From an uncultured bacterium (lineage in GTDB: Bacteria; Zhuqueibacterota; QNDG01; DTFT01): a stretch of DNA of 64,000 nt. The stretch covers positions 42,347 through 106,346 of the forward strand of contig CAVTNR010000030.1 in NCBI GenBank assembly GCA_963736115.1, read 5' to 3'. The notes under the pieces are model-generated. The model was not told the origin of the DNA, made no database searches, and saw only the letters and a program-made list of their open reading frames with translations. This document shows, one piece after another, positions 49,970 to 60,856 of this stretch. The stretch's first letter is position 1; every line of letters begins with the position of its first letter. The position numbers and the translations under genes were made by a program.

Positions 49970-50509
49970 ATGAACCGCAGCACACGGAAATTTTTGAAAT
50001 TCCTGCTCCGCCTGGACCGCGATCTGGCTATTTTCATCTCAGGCCTGAACGGCAGAAAATTGCTCGACCGCGTCATGGTCGGATTTTCCAGGTTCGGGAA
50101 CGGGTATGTGTATCCGTTTGTGGTCCTGGGAGTCACAGCTTTCGACACCCAGATCATGCGGCCTTTCTTCTCAGCCGGACTCGCGTCATTCGTGGTTCAG
50201 CATTCCGCGTACAAGTTCGTGAAATCCAGAACCCGCAGGCTGAGGCCTTTCGAGGCCATTCCCCAGATCCGAAAAATCATTTCATTTCCCGACCGGTTCT
50301 CCTTCCCTTCGGGACATGCGGCAGGCGCTTTTATGGCGGCCACGCTGTTCGGTTATTTCTACCCCGGATCAGGAATGGCCTGTTACAGCGTCGCCTCCCT
50401 GGTCGGATTCTCGCGCGTTTACAACGGCATTCACTACCCCTCTGATGTCCTCGCTGGAAGCCTGCTGGGCGTCATCAGCGCCCGTCTCGGCCTCATGATC
50501 GTGATCTGA
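49970..50509 (+). CDS. PAP2 family phosphatase
   Basis: K...RLRP, SFPSGHA, SRVYNGIHYPSDV. Confidence 0.92.
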   Translation: MNRSTRKFLKFLLRLDRDLAIFISGLNGRKLLDRVMVGFSRFGNGYVYPFVVLGVTAFDTQIMRPFFSAGLASFVVQHSAYKFVKSRTRRLRPFEAIPQIRKIISFPDRFSFPSGHAAGAFMAATLFGYFYPGSGMACYSVASLVGFSRVYNGIHYPSDVLAGSLLGVISARLGLMIVI

Positions 50510-50551
50510 CGTAAATGCGCAGGTTGCGGCCGCATTCCATTACGATTTGAT

Positions 50552-50580
50552 TTGACATTTTCGTCACGATTTTTTATATT
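50552..50580 (+). promoter_or_regulatory. Near-consensus sigma70 promoter
   Basis: TTGACA-N17-TATATT. Confidence 0.7.
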
Positions 50581-50586
50581 ATTATA

Positions 50587-50713
50587 TCAAACAAGGAGTT
50601 AAGCGGAGCCGAGCGCTTATCGTGGATATATACTTACATCACTGCGGGCATAAGACATTGAACTCGACCTGACAGGCATGGGCACAGGGGCATCCTCTGT
50701 GCCTTTCTTATTT
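50587..50713 (+). ncRNA. Candidate small RNA or terminated leader (~125 nt)
   Basis: Lies between the promoter above and a terminator; no substantial ORF. Confidence 0.4.
50681..50713 (+). terminator. Rho-independent terminator
   Basis: GGCACAGGGG-CAT-CCTCTGTGCC-TTTCTTATTT. Confidence 0.75.
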
Positions 50714-50930
50714 GGCATGGGAATCGCTCTTTTGAACAGGTTGACTCGTTTCTGTCTTTGAAAATCAACGGTTTACGACCGGCGACTCACGACCGCCGGC
50801 CGATTGTCATTGTCGATTTCGATCCGATCGGTCAATCCCCGCCATGGGAGTGACGGGGCGGAGCTTTGGATTCAGGATCTTGTTTGAGCATAGAGCAGCT
50901 AACAATATTATATCTTGACATGTTGACAAT

Positions 50931-50984
50931 GTCACCCTGAGGCCGACTCTCCTGCTTTGCCCCCGAAGGGCCTTTTAAAGGCAA
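50931..50984 (+). repeat. GTC-box motif copy 2 (left of TA pair)
   Basis: GTCACCCTGAG-N9-CCTGCT-N8-GAAGGGCCTTTTAAAGGCAA. Confidence 0.85.
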
Positions 50985-50997
50985 GCAACTCACCCCA

Positions 50998-51228
50998 ATG
51001 ACAGCACAAGAAGAAAAACAGGCGATTCGTGATTATGCCGAGAGATGGCGGCGTTTGGCCCCCATACTTGAAGAGGAGCGGAAGAACCGCGTCCGCAGCA
51101 TGAACACAATGGAGTTCATCGAAGCGACATCCGATCTGTACGACTTCTGCCTCCGGACCCAGGAGCCGCGCCTGACTTCAGGCCTGATCATCCAGCAGGC
51201 GCTTTTCAGAAAGATCGCCGGAAAATGA
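50998..51228 (+). CDS. Small helical protein, putative antitoxin
   Basis: 76 aa, ATGA-coupled to the nucleotidyltransferase; SGLIIQQALF. Confidence 0.7.
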   Translation: MTAQEEKQAIRDYAERWRRLAPILEEERKNRVRSMNTMEFIEATSDLYDFCLRTQEPRLTSGLIIQQALFRKIAGK

Positions 51229-51779
51229 CGAGTCTGATTCTCGAAGCCAGATCGATTCAGGATTTTTTTGAAGAAAGGGGATGGCGCTTCTGTTTCATCG
51301 GGGGCCTGGCCGTGCTCCGCTGGGGAGAGCCGAGAATGACCGTGGATGCGGACCTGACGCTGTTCACGGGTTTCGGCGGAGAGGAACCCTTTATCGACGC
51401 GCTCGCTGAAAGGTTCAGGCCCCGTGTGTCCGAAATGAGGCGTTTTGCGATCAAAAACCTGGTTGTTCTCCTGTGGTCTGACTTGGGCATACCGTTCGAC
51501 GTGGCTTTGGCCGGGCTTCCGTTCGAAGAAACGGCCGTGACGAACGCCACTCCATTCGAGTTTGCGAAGGACGTTTTCCTGAAAACCTGCACAGCCGAGG
51601 ATCTGATCGTGATGAAGGCCTTCTCGGGACGTGAGAAGGACTGGTCCGATATCGAGGGCGTTCTGGCAAAACAGCGCGGTCGGTTGAACTGGCCCCGCAT
51701 CTGGGAGTCGCTCGAACCCCTGGCCGCGGCAACGGATAAAAGAGAAATGATTCTAAGACTGAAGAGACTGGCGGAATGA
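51225..51779 (+). CDS. Nucleotidyltransferase (AbiEii/DUF6036-like), putative toxin
   Basis: FIGGLAV..WGEPRMTVDADL, AEDLIVMKAF, REKDWSDI. Confidence 0.82.
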   Translation: MTSLILEARSIQDFFEERGWRFCFIGGLAVLRWGEPRMTVDADLTLFTGFGGEEPFIDALAERFRPRVSEMRRFAIKNLVVLLWSDLGIPFDVALAGLPFEETAVTNATPFEFAKDVFLKTCTAEDLIVMKAFSGREKDWSDIEGVLAKQRGRLNWPRIWESLEPLAAATDKREMILRLKRLAE

Positions 51780-51805
51780 GCGATCTGTCTGCAAATCGCA
51801 AGTAC

Positions 51806-51859
51806 GTCGCCCTGAGACCTACCCTCCTGCTCTTCTCCCGAAGGGCCTTCAAACGGCAA
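51806..51859 (+). repeat. GTC-box motif copy 3 (right of TA pair)
   Basis: GTCGCCCTGAG-N9-CCTGCT-N8-GAAGGGCCTTCAAACGGCAA. Confidence 0.85.
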
Positions 51860-51898
51860 AAAACGGACCTGAAGCCCGGAACCCGGAACAGTTAAAGA

Positions 51899-53052
51899 TT
51901 GTCTGACCAACCCCCCAAAGTCTTCGTCTCCGGCTGTTTCGACATGCTGCACAGCGGGCATGTGGCTTTTCTGAAGGAAGCGGCCACGTACGGCGATCTC
52001 TACGTGGGCATCGGGTCGGATGACACCATACGCGAGCTCAAGGGCCGGTACACGGTGAACACGCAGGACGAGCGCAAGTACATGATCTCTGCCCTGTCCT
52101 GCGTGAAAGAATGCCGCGTCGACCGGGGGTCGGGCATTCTCGATTTTCTGCCTGAACTCGACGACATCAAGCCGGACATTTTCATCGTGAACGAGGACGG
52201 CGCCACGCCTGAAAAGGAAGCGCTGTGCAAAGTGCGGGACATCCGGTACGTGATTCTGAAGCGCGTGCCGCACCCCGGACTGCCGCGCCGGTCGACCACG
52301 GATCTGCGGACCCTAAACGTGATTCCGTACCGCGTGGACATAGCAGGCACGTGGATAGACCAGCCGTACGTGTCAAAGCACCACCCGGGCGCCGCTGTGC
52401 TGGCCTCCATAGAGCCCACGGTGGAATTCAACGAGCGCAGCGGCATGGCGTCGAGCACGCGCAAGGTGGCCCTGAAACAGTGGCCTGCCGGCCTGCCCGA
52501 CGGCAAGGCGGAGGAAACGGCCCGCATGCTGTTTTACTGCGACAATCCCCCGGGCAAGCAGGAAATTTCCGGTTCACAGGACTCCCTTGGCATCGCGCTC
52601 CCGGGCCTGAACCGCGTTTTTTATGACGGCAACGGGTACTGGCCCGCGGCCATTGATTCGGTGCACGACGAGGATGTTCTTTCCTGGCTTGAGCAGAGGC
52701 TTTGCCTTGTCACGCTCTGGCCCAGGCCGGACGGGTTCAATGTGCTCGAGGGATCGGACATCTGCAAACCCAAGGTGGCCCGTCTGGCAGCGGCAGCGGA
52801 CGGATGCTGGCAGGCCATTTTGCGCATGGATACAACCGCGTTCGGCAAGCACTTTCTGGAGTCATTCGAAGCCCAGGTTTCCATGTTCCCGAAAATGCTG
52901 AATGAGCGGATACAAACCGTGATCGATCAATACCGGAACAAAGCCATCGGCTGGAAGCTTTCCGGCGCAGGCGGCGGCGGCTACCTCATCCTCGCCGTCC
53001 GCGAACCCTGGAGAATGCAATCCGCATTAAAATTCGGCGGAGAAGTTTTTAG
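51899..53052 (+). CDS. Cytidylyltransferase (RfaE-II-like) plus GHMP sugar kinase fusion; frameshift near 53008
   Basis: SGCFDMLHSGH; PYRVDIAGTWID, SGMASS, SGSQD, KLSGAGGGGY; alternate frame ends ENAIRIKIRRRSF*. Confidence 0.8.
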
Positions 53053-53076
53053 TTTTCATCCTGAATTGTCGGTAAT

Positions 53077-53136
53077 GTCATCCCCGCGGACGTGTCTTTT
53101 CATCCGCGTCAGCGCGGGGATCCAGGGGAGGGGCGG
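53077..53136 (+). repeat. GTCATYCCCGC palindrome copy a
   Basis: GTCATCCCCGCG...CGCGGGGATCCAGGGGAGGGGCGG. Confidence 0.8.
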
Positions 53137-53182
53137 TGGGTGTGTTCTCGATCGCGGCAACCAAAACGTAATCGGCGGTAAC

Positions 53183-54230
<1,048 letters not shown>

Positions 54231-54256
54231 GTACCTTTCCCGAAATTATAATGTAT

Positions 54257-54299
54257 GTCATTCCCGCATTCTTCTAGCGGGAATCCAGGGGCGGGGCGG
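54257..54299 (+). repeat. GTCATYCCCGC palindrome copy b
   Basis: GTCATTCCCGC-ATTCTTCTA-GCGGGAATCCAGGGGCGGGGCGG. Confidence 0.8.
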
Positions 54300-54335
54300 C
54301 GTGGAGAAAAGAGCTGAAAGCCTATTGGAATAACC

Positions 54336-54639
54336 GTGACCCGCGAAGAAGAGATTTTACAGTTGATCCGGGAATGCCTGTCCAACTTCAAGGAGCACTT
54401 GGCCGGCTACAGGATAATCCTGTTCGGTTCGAGGGCCACCGGAACAGCCCCGGGACAGATCCGATTTCGACCTTGGCGTTGTCGGAGCGACGATGCTCCC
54501 GCTGAAGCGGTTCTATGAGATCCAGGGCGCGCTCGAAGATCTGCCCACACTTTACCGAATCGACTGGGTGGATCTGAACCGCGCATCGGAGCGGTTCCGC
54601 GAGACCGCGCTTTCCAAAGGGAAGGTGTTGTATGGATAA
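54336..54639 (+). CDS. Minimal nucleotidyltransferase (MNT) antitoxin, one frameshift near 54452
   Basis: ILFGSRATG, then shifted frame RSDFDLGV...IDWVDL...KGKVLYG*. Confidence 0.8.
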
Positions 54640-55012
54640 GCTGGACATCATGAAGGTGGACCTCAAAAGCGCGATCGCACAGCTGGAATCGGCCCTGTCC
54701 CGAAAAAGCATGGACCCCGTTGTCCAGGCCGGCTGCATTCAGTATTTCGAGTTCTGTTTCGAGCTGGCCTGGAAATCGATCAAGGAGGCCGATTCTCCGC
54801 GAAGGGTTGCCGGATTGTTATTCTGCCGGTCCTGCCTTCAGAAGGCTTTTGAACTGGAGTGGATTCAAAACGAGAAGGTCTGGCTGGAAATGCTGGAAGC
54901 CAGAAACCGGATAAGACACACACCTACAGCCAGGCCGATGCGCTCAAGATCTACGAACACCTGCAAGTCTTATCTGAATGAGCTTCAATCTCTCTCGAAG
55001 CGATTGAGTTAA
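54632..55012 (+). CDS. HEPN protein (HI0074 family nucleotidyltransferase substrate-binding protein), probably with indels
   Basis: IQYFEFCFELAWK, WLEMLEARNRIRH (Rx4H). Confidence 0.85.
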   Translation: MDKLDIMKVDLKSAIAQLESALSRKSMDPVVQAGCIQYFEFCFELAWKSIKEADSPRRVAGLLFCRSCLQKAFELEWIQNEKVWLEMLEARNRIRHTPTARPMRSRSTNTCKSYLNELQSLSKRLS

Positions 55013-55031
55013 GATGGAGATGCCACGGTAT

Positions 55032-55098
55032 GTCATCCCGAGTTCAGCCCCCTTGCTCCGGTGGTCGCGAAGTCGGAGGCCGTCAGGCCGGAGATCTC
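55032..55098 (+). repeat. GTC-box motif copy 4 (degenerate right arm)
   Basis: GTCATCCCGAG-N9-CTTGCT...GAGATCTC. Confidence 0.6.
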
Positions 55099-55127
55099 GA
55101 GGTTGGGCAATTTGATGTTAAAGAAAC

Positions 55128-56070
55128 ATGAATAAGCAATCCAAAATCTACATCGCCGGCGAATCGGCCTTGTCGGCTCCGCAATCATCCGAAAACTCAA
55201 GTCGGACGGTTACACGAACCTGGTTTTCACCCCTTACCCCGAATACGACCTCCGCAACCAGGAACAGGTGAACCAGTTCTTCGAAACAGAAAAGCCCGAC
55301 TACGTCTTCCTCGCAGCCGCCAAAGTCGGCGGCATTCTCGCCAACAGCACGTACCCGGCGGAGTTCATCTACGACAACCTGATGATCGCGGCAAACGTCA
55401 TACACGCATCCTATCAAAACAAAGTCAAAAAGCTTTTAAATTTGGGCTCCTCCTGCATCTACCCCAAACTCGCTCCCCAGCCCCTGAAAGAAGAGTCCCT
55501 TCTGTCTGGCCCGCTGGAGCCCACGAATGAGCCCTATGCCATAGCCAAGATCACTGCCATCAAGCTGTGCGCGTATTACAACAAACAGTACGGAACAGAT
55601 TTCATATCCGTGATGCCGACCAACCTGTACGGTCCCGGCGACAATTTCGACCTCAAGGGTTCCCACGTACTGCCCGCCCTGATCCGCAAGTTCCACGAGG
55701 CGGAAAACTGCCGGAGCGAAAGAGGCAGTGGTTTGGGGTACAGGAAAGGTCCGAAGGGAATTTCTGTATTCAGACGACCTGGCGGACGCTGTGGTGTACC
55801 TGATGCGGAACAAGTCCGCGACCGAAATCGGCGAATTTGTGAACATAGGGGTCGGCAAAGACCTGACCATATCCGAACTGGCTGAGACAGTCAAAAAGGT
55901 CGTCGGATTCGAAGGAAAGATCGTCTACGACACGACCAAGCCCGACGGCACGCCCCAGAAGCTTCTGGACCTCACGCGGCTGAAACAACTGGGCTGGGAG
56001 GCCGAAAACCGGGCTGGAGGAGGGGATCGGGAAGGCGTATCAGTGGTATTTGGAGAAGCAGGGCGCATAG
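55128..56070 (+). CDS. fcl: GDP-L-fucose synthase-like epimerase/reductase (multiple apparent frameshifts)
   Basis: [65 protein letters not shown]. Confidence 0.9.
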
Positions 56071-56155
56071 CGCAATGGGCATGGCGCACAGCGCACAGCG
56101 GAAATGATATAAAAGAACCTCTTTTTCGCTATGCGCTTTGCGCTATGCGCTATGC
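56062..56155. repeat. Inverted GCGCATA / TATGCGC heptamer arrays
   Basis: GCGCATA..GCGCACA GCGCACA ... CGCTATG CGCTTTG CGCTATG CGCTATG. Confidence 0.85.
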
Positions 56156-56241
56156 ATCCAGCCTATGGATATGTACCCTTGTCAGGAAGGTAGCTTCCCC
56201 CGCAGGCTTAGATGCCTCGCGGCTATCGGAGGTTTGAATAA

Positions 56242-58499
56242 ATGAACCCTGAAGAAACCAGCAAACCGAACCCCTGCGTCGCTCCGCCGCGATTTCACCT
56301 TGATCCAATACTGGGAACTCGCGCTCCGCAGAAAGTGGTTCATTCTGGCCGCGACAGGGGCCTCCCTGATCGCCACCATTGTCTGGACTTTGCTCCGGCC
56401 GCCCGTGTATGTGTCCAGCTCGGCTTTCATGCTCGAGGCGGACAAGAACGATCTCGACCCAAGGGCGTACTGGGTCGAGAAGGAGGCGGCCGGCCCCTTC
56501 CTATTACCAGTCCATCCTCCGAAGCGAATGGCTCGGCCAGCGCCTGGCCGACAGCCTGTCCCGCTCCCTGCCCGCGCTGAACGGCAAGGGAAAGCCGTAC
56601 AATCCCGGAAAAGTGCTGAAAATGGCGTACCAGGGCGTGAACCTGGGCGCGGGCGGATACGAGAACATGATCCGGCTTACGGCGCGCGCCAATGACCGCG
56701 TTCTGGCATACACCGCGGCCCGTATCGCGACCGATCTGCTCAAGACCCGGTCGCAGACAGTGGACCGGGAGGAGCTTCTGAACGCGGTGAACTTCATCGA
56801 ACAGCAGAAAGTCGTGGCCATCGAACAGCTCGAGGAAGTCGAGCGTTCCCTCCAGTCGTTCCGCGACCAATCCTCGGTGAACGTGATCCGCGACGGCGTG
56901 ACCGGCGAACTCGAACGGCTCGAGGATCAGCTCGCCGGGGTTCAGGTGCAGAAACAGCTTTCCACAGCCAACCTGCGCGCGTTCGAGAACCGCATCCGCA
57001 ATCTCGGGGGAGCTGTCCGCCTGCAGGATTCTCCTGAGCCGCCAGAAGCCGCGGCCCTCAGGCGCGAGATCTCGGACCTCGAGGCCAGGCGCGCAAGCCT
57101 CGCCGAAGGTTCCGGCGATAGAGCCCGTATCGAACGCCAGATCGAAGAGAAGAAACGCACTCTCGTCAACCTGCTTCTTGAAAACGATCCCGCGCTTCGC
57201 GACAACCGGTCTTCCAATGATTACCAGGCGCTCAAGGCCGCGCAGGAGGGAAAGGTCTCGGAGGAGCTGAACGTCTATGTGCTCGACAACCGGGAAAACT
57301 ACATCAGGCGCAAAATCGCGGAATTCAGGGCCAGAAACCCGAACCTCGCGGACAAGACCATCGAATACATACGGCTGATGCGCACCAAGCAGGTCACCGA
57401 GAATCTCTTTAATTTCCTGCTCGAAAAAGGCGAGGAAAACAAAATCAAGGCGGCCACCGGAACCGGCGGTCTGCATCTGGTGGACGAACCCGTCCTGCCG
57501 GCCCGGCCCGTTCCGGTCAACCTGATGCGCAACCTTCTGCTCGGGCTCCTGTACGGCCTGGGACTGGGCGCAGGGCTGGCGCTTCTGATGGAATACATCG
57601 ACGACTCGATCAAGTCGGGACACGACATCACCCGCGCCCTGAATCTGCCGGTCATGGGCAAGATTCCGGTGTTCAACGATGAAATGCGGGGAAAGGTAAA
57701 GCCCCTGCCCAAAAAACTTCAAAAGGTGGCACACGCCGCGGACAGTCCGGAGAAGGAAAAATTCAGGCCGGAGTCGAGAAAAAAGTCGCCCCTCATCATC
57801 TCCATGTCCGCGAAGAGCCCGGTCATGGAAACGTACCGGACCCTGCGCGCGAACCTGCAGTTCGCGAACGTCGATTCCACCGTAACCACCTTGACCGTGT
57901 CGAGCCCGGCCCCGTCCGAGGGCAAGAGCGTGACCGCTGCCAACCTCGCGCTTTCGTTCGCATTGCTCAACGAGCCGGTGATTCTCATTGACGCGGACAT
58001 GCGCAAGCCGTGCCAGCACAAGCTGTTCAAGACGACCATGGTGCCCGGCCTCTCCGACCTGCTCGTGCACGATCTGCCCCTCGAGCGTGTGCTGAGAGAC
58101 ACGACCGTTCCCAGCCTGAAAGTCCTGCCCGCGGGCCGCATTCCGCCCAATCCCACCGAGCTTCTCGCATCGCAGAAAATGACGGAGTTGTGCGAGCAGA
58201 TCAAGAGCCGGGCAAAGGTGGTGATTCTCGACACGCCGCCCATTCTGCCCATTTCAGACGCCGTCCTGCTCGGCGCCCGCACGCAGGGCGTGTTGCTCGT
58301 GGTTTGGCATCAGAAGACGACTCTGTCCGCCGCGACTGAGGCCATCGACCTTCTGCGGAGCGGCGGCGCGCGCATCATCGGCGCGGTTCTGAATGGAGTG
58401 GATTTCAGCAGAATGTACGGCCAGTACTCGAGTTACGGCAAGTATTACCAGATGTATTACGGGGACGAGGGGAAGAAAAAGGACAAAGGGGAGGAGTGA
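56242..58499 (+). CDS. wzc: Wzc-like polysaccharide co-polymerase / BY-kinase 1 (N-terminal frameshifts)
   Basis: Wzz-like N-terminus YWELALRRKW, coiled coil, TM2, SSPAPSEGKS, IDADMRKP, PPNPTELL, Tyr cluster YGQYSSYGKYYQMYY. Confidence 0.9.
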
Positions 58500-58530
58500 A
58501 CGGTTCTTTTTCGGCCGAGCGCGCTTTGTG

Positions 58531-58581
58531 GTCATCCTGAGTACAGCCCACTTGCTTCACCCTCGAAGGATCTTTTAACGG
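58531..58581 (+). repeat. GTC-box motif copy 5
   Basis: GTCATCCTGAG-N9-CTTGCT-N8-GAAGGATCTTTTAACGG. Confidence 0.85.
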
Positions 58582-58594
58582 GAGAGAAGAAATT

Positions 58595-59580
58595 ATGGCC
58601 TTTTATCTGATTACCGGTGGAGCAGGATTCATCGGGTCGAACATCGTGGAAGCATTGATCAAGCGTGGAGACAAGGTCCGCGTGCTGGACAACTTCGCGA
58701 CCGGCAAGCGGGACAACCTGACCGACTGGGCGGACAAGATCGAGGTGGTTGAAGGCGACATTCGCAGTTATCACCTGGTGCGCGAAGCGGTCGAAGGCGT
58801 TGACTTTGTTCTGCATCAGGCGGCCCTGCCGTGCCGTTCCCAGGTCGGTGCGTGACCCGATCACGAGCAATGAAGTGAACGTGTCCGGAACCCTGAATGT
58901 CCTGACTGCGGCCAGGGATGAAAAGGTCGAACGGGTCGTGTATGCTTCGTCCTCTTCCATTTACGGTGACCTTGAAACCCTCCCGAAAACCGAGGACATG
59001 TTCCCCAAGCCGCTGTCACCGTACGCCGTGTCGAAGCTGGCGGGCGAGAAATACTGCAATGTTTTTTCCAGGCTGTACGGCCTGAAAACGATTTCTCTGC
59101 GCTATTTCAATGTGTTCGGCCCTCGCCAGGACCCGAACTCTCAGTACGCTGCCGTGATCCCGCGATTCATCCGGGCCATACGGGTCGGAGATCCGATTAC
59201 GGTATTCGGGGATGGGGAGCAGACTCGCGATTTCACGTATATCGAAAACGTGGTGCACGCGAACCTGCTGGCCTGCGAAGACCGGGCCGCTGAGTTTTCC
59301 GGAGAAACGTTGAATGTCGCGTGCGGCAAAAGGGTTTCGGTCGAACCGGATGATCGAGATCATCGCGACGGGCCTGAAAAAGGAAGTGAAGCCGAATTAC
59401 GCGCCTGTCCGTGCCGGAGACGTCAAGCATTCGCTGGCGAATATCGGCAAGGCCCAGCAATTACTGGGTTATGAGGTGCGCAAGCAGTTCGAACAAGGGC
59501 TGACCGGGATGCTGAAAACTTCCGATGGAAAATTTTTCTCATTTCTATTGACAAGTACAATCCCATTTTGTATAATATAG
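58595..59580 (+). CDS. NAD-dependent nucleotide-sugar 4-epimerase (WbpP/GalE-like); frameshifted, 3' end uncertain
   Basis: TGGAGFIGS, YASSSSIYG, SPYAVSK, RYFNVFGPRQDP, GDGEQTRDF, GDVKHSLA. Confidence 0.87.
59548..59576 (+). promoter_or_regulatory. Perfect-consensus sigma70 promoter
   Basis: TTGACA-N17-TATAAT. Confidence 0.8.
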
Positions 59581-59865
59581 AACTTCAACATCACCCGCTG
59601 CGAATGCCGTCTGCGGAGTCTGGTTTTTCGGGTTTTAGGGGGGAGGGGAAAACTCAGTTCCCTTCGATGCATGCTGGCGGCTGCATCTCCCTGAAGTCAT
59701 TGTCCCAACACAAAGCCCAGGCCACAGCCGGGCCTTGATGCGTTTTACAGGCATCGGAATACCCTGTATCAGACGTAAAAATAAGGGTTTCCGTTTTCTG
59801 CGGAACGCATTGACTGCTGTTATATCCATAGACACCTTGTTTTTAAAAAGGGAGGGGGCCTCAGC

Positions 59866-60844
59866 ATGAGCCACAGCGCCACAAAAGCCCCGAAAGCCGA
59901 CAAAATACCAATAAAACCCCGGCGAAGAACGAGCCTTCAACAGGCCGCGATTCTCGTCTGCCTCCTCCTTCCGGTCATCACACAGGCCCAGACCGACCGC
60001 ATCCAGAAAGGCGATCTTCTTGAAATCAGCGTGTACGGTCATGCCGACCTGTCCAAGGTCGTGATGGTTCAGCAGGACGGAAGCGTCGATTATCCCCTGA
60101 TTTCGAACATCCCGATCGACGGCATGCGGCTCGAGGAATTCCAGTCCGTGGTCACGACCCAGGTGGCGCGCTACCTCGGCGAAAGGCCGATTGTGTCGGT
60201 CTGGTTCGCGCAGACCCTGAACATCACGGTCACTGTGCTCGGACAGGTGACCCAGCCGGGCCAGTATCCGATTTCGAAGCAGGCCACTCTTGCAGGGCGC
60301 CATCACGCGCGCGGGCGGGTTCACCCCGCGCGCGGAGCTGGACAATGTCCAGATTCTCCGCAAGATCAATGGTGTCGTGACCCGCGACACGGTCGACCTG
60401 GCCTCGTTTTTCCTGGGCGGGGATCTGGCCCAGCTCCCAGATCTTGAAAGCGGGGATGTGATTCTCGTGCCGGGCATGCCCGGGTCGTATGACGTGAAAG
60501 TGCTCGGAGCCGTGCGTCTGCCCGGCGGGTATCCGGTTCAGTTCAAGACCAGTCTGCTCGACGTGCTGTTCATGGCAGGCGGGCCTGTTGAAAAGGCAGA
60601 TTTGAAGCATGTGCGCGTGTCCTCCGCGTCCCGCAAGAAGGCGATCGAGTATTCCCTGAACCCCAATGACCTGTTCCAGGGAAAGTCGAAAGGCAAAGAT
60701 ATTCCGGATGTGCTTCCCGGAGATGTGGTGTACGTGCCCCAGAAAGGGAAATCGATTTTTTCGGTTTTCCGTGATTTGGTGACCGTCGCCTCGCCCATTG
60801 TGATGATTCTCTACTACACCGGCGTCATAGACATTCAGAGATAG
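59866..60844 (+). CDS. wza: Polysaccharide export protein (Wza/SLBB domains), frameshift near 60290
   Basis: IQKGDLLEISVYG, DGSVDYPLI, VLGQVTQPG, AGGFT, second SLBB domain, PGDVVYVP. Confidence 0.85.
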
Positions 60845-60856
60845 ACAGAAAACCGC

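Noticed and set aside
53172-53182. ops/JUMPstart-like GGCGGTA before gmd
   Set aside because: Only a 7-nt match (GGCGGTAA) with no JUMPstart context, expected by chance at this GC content
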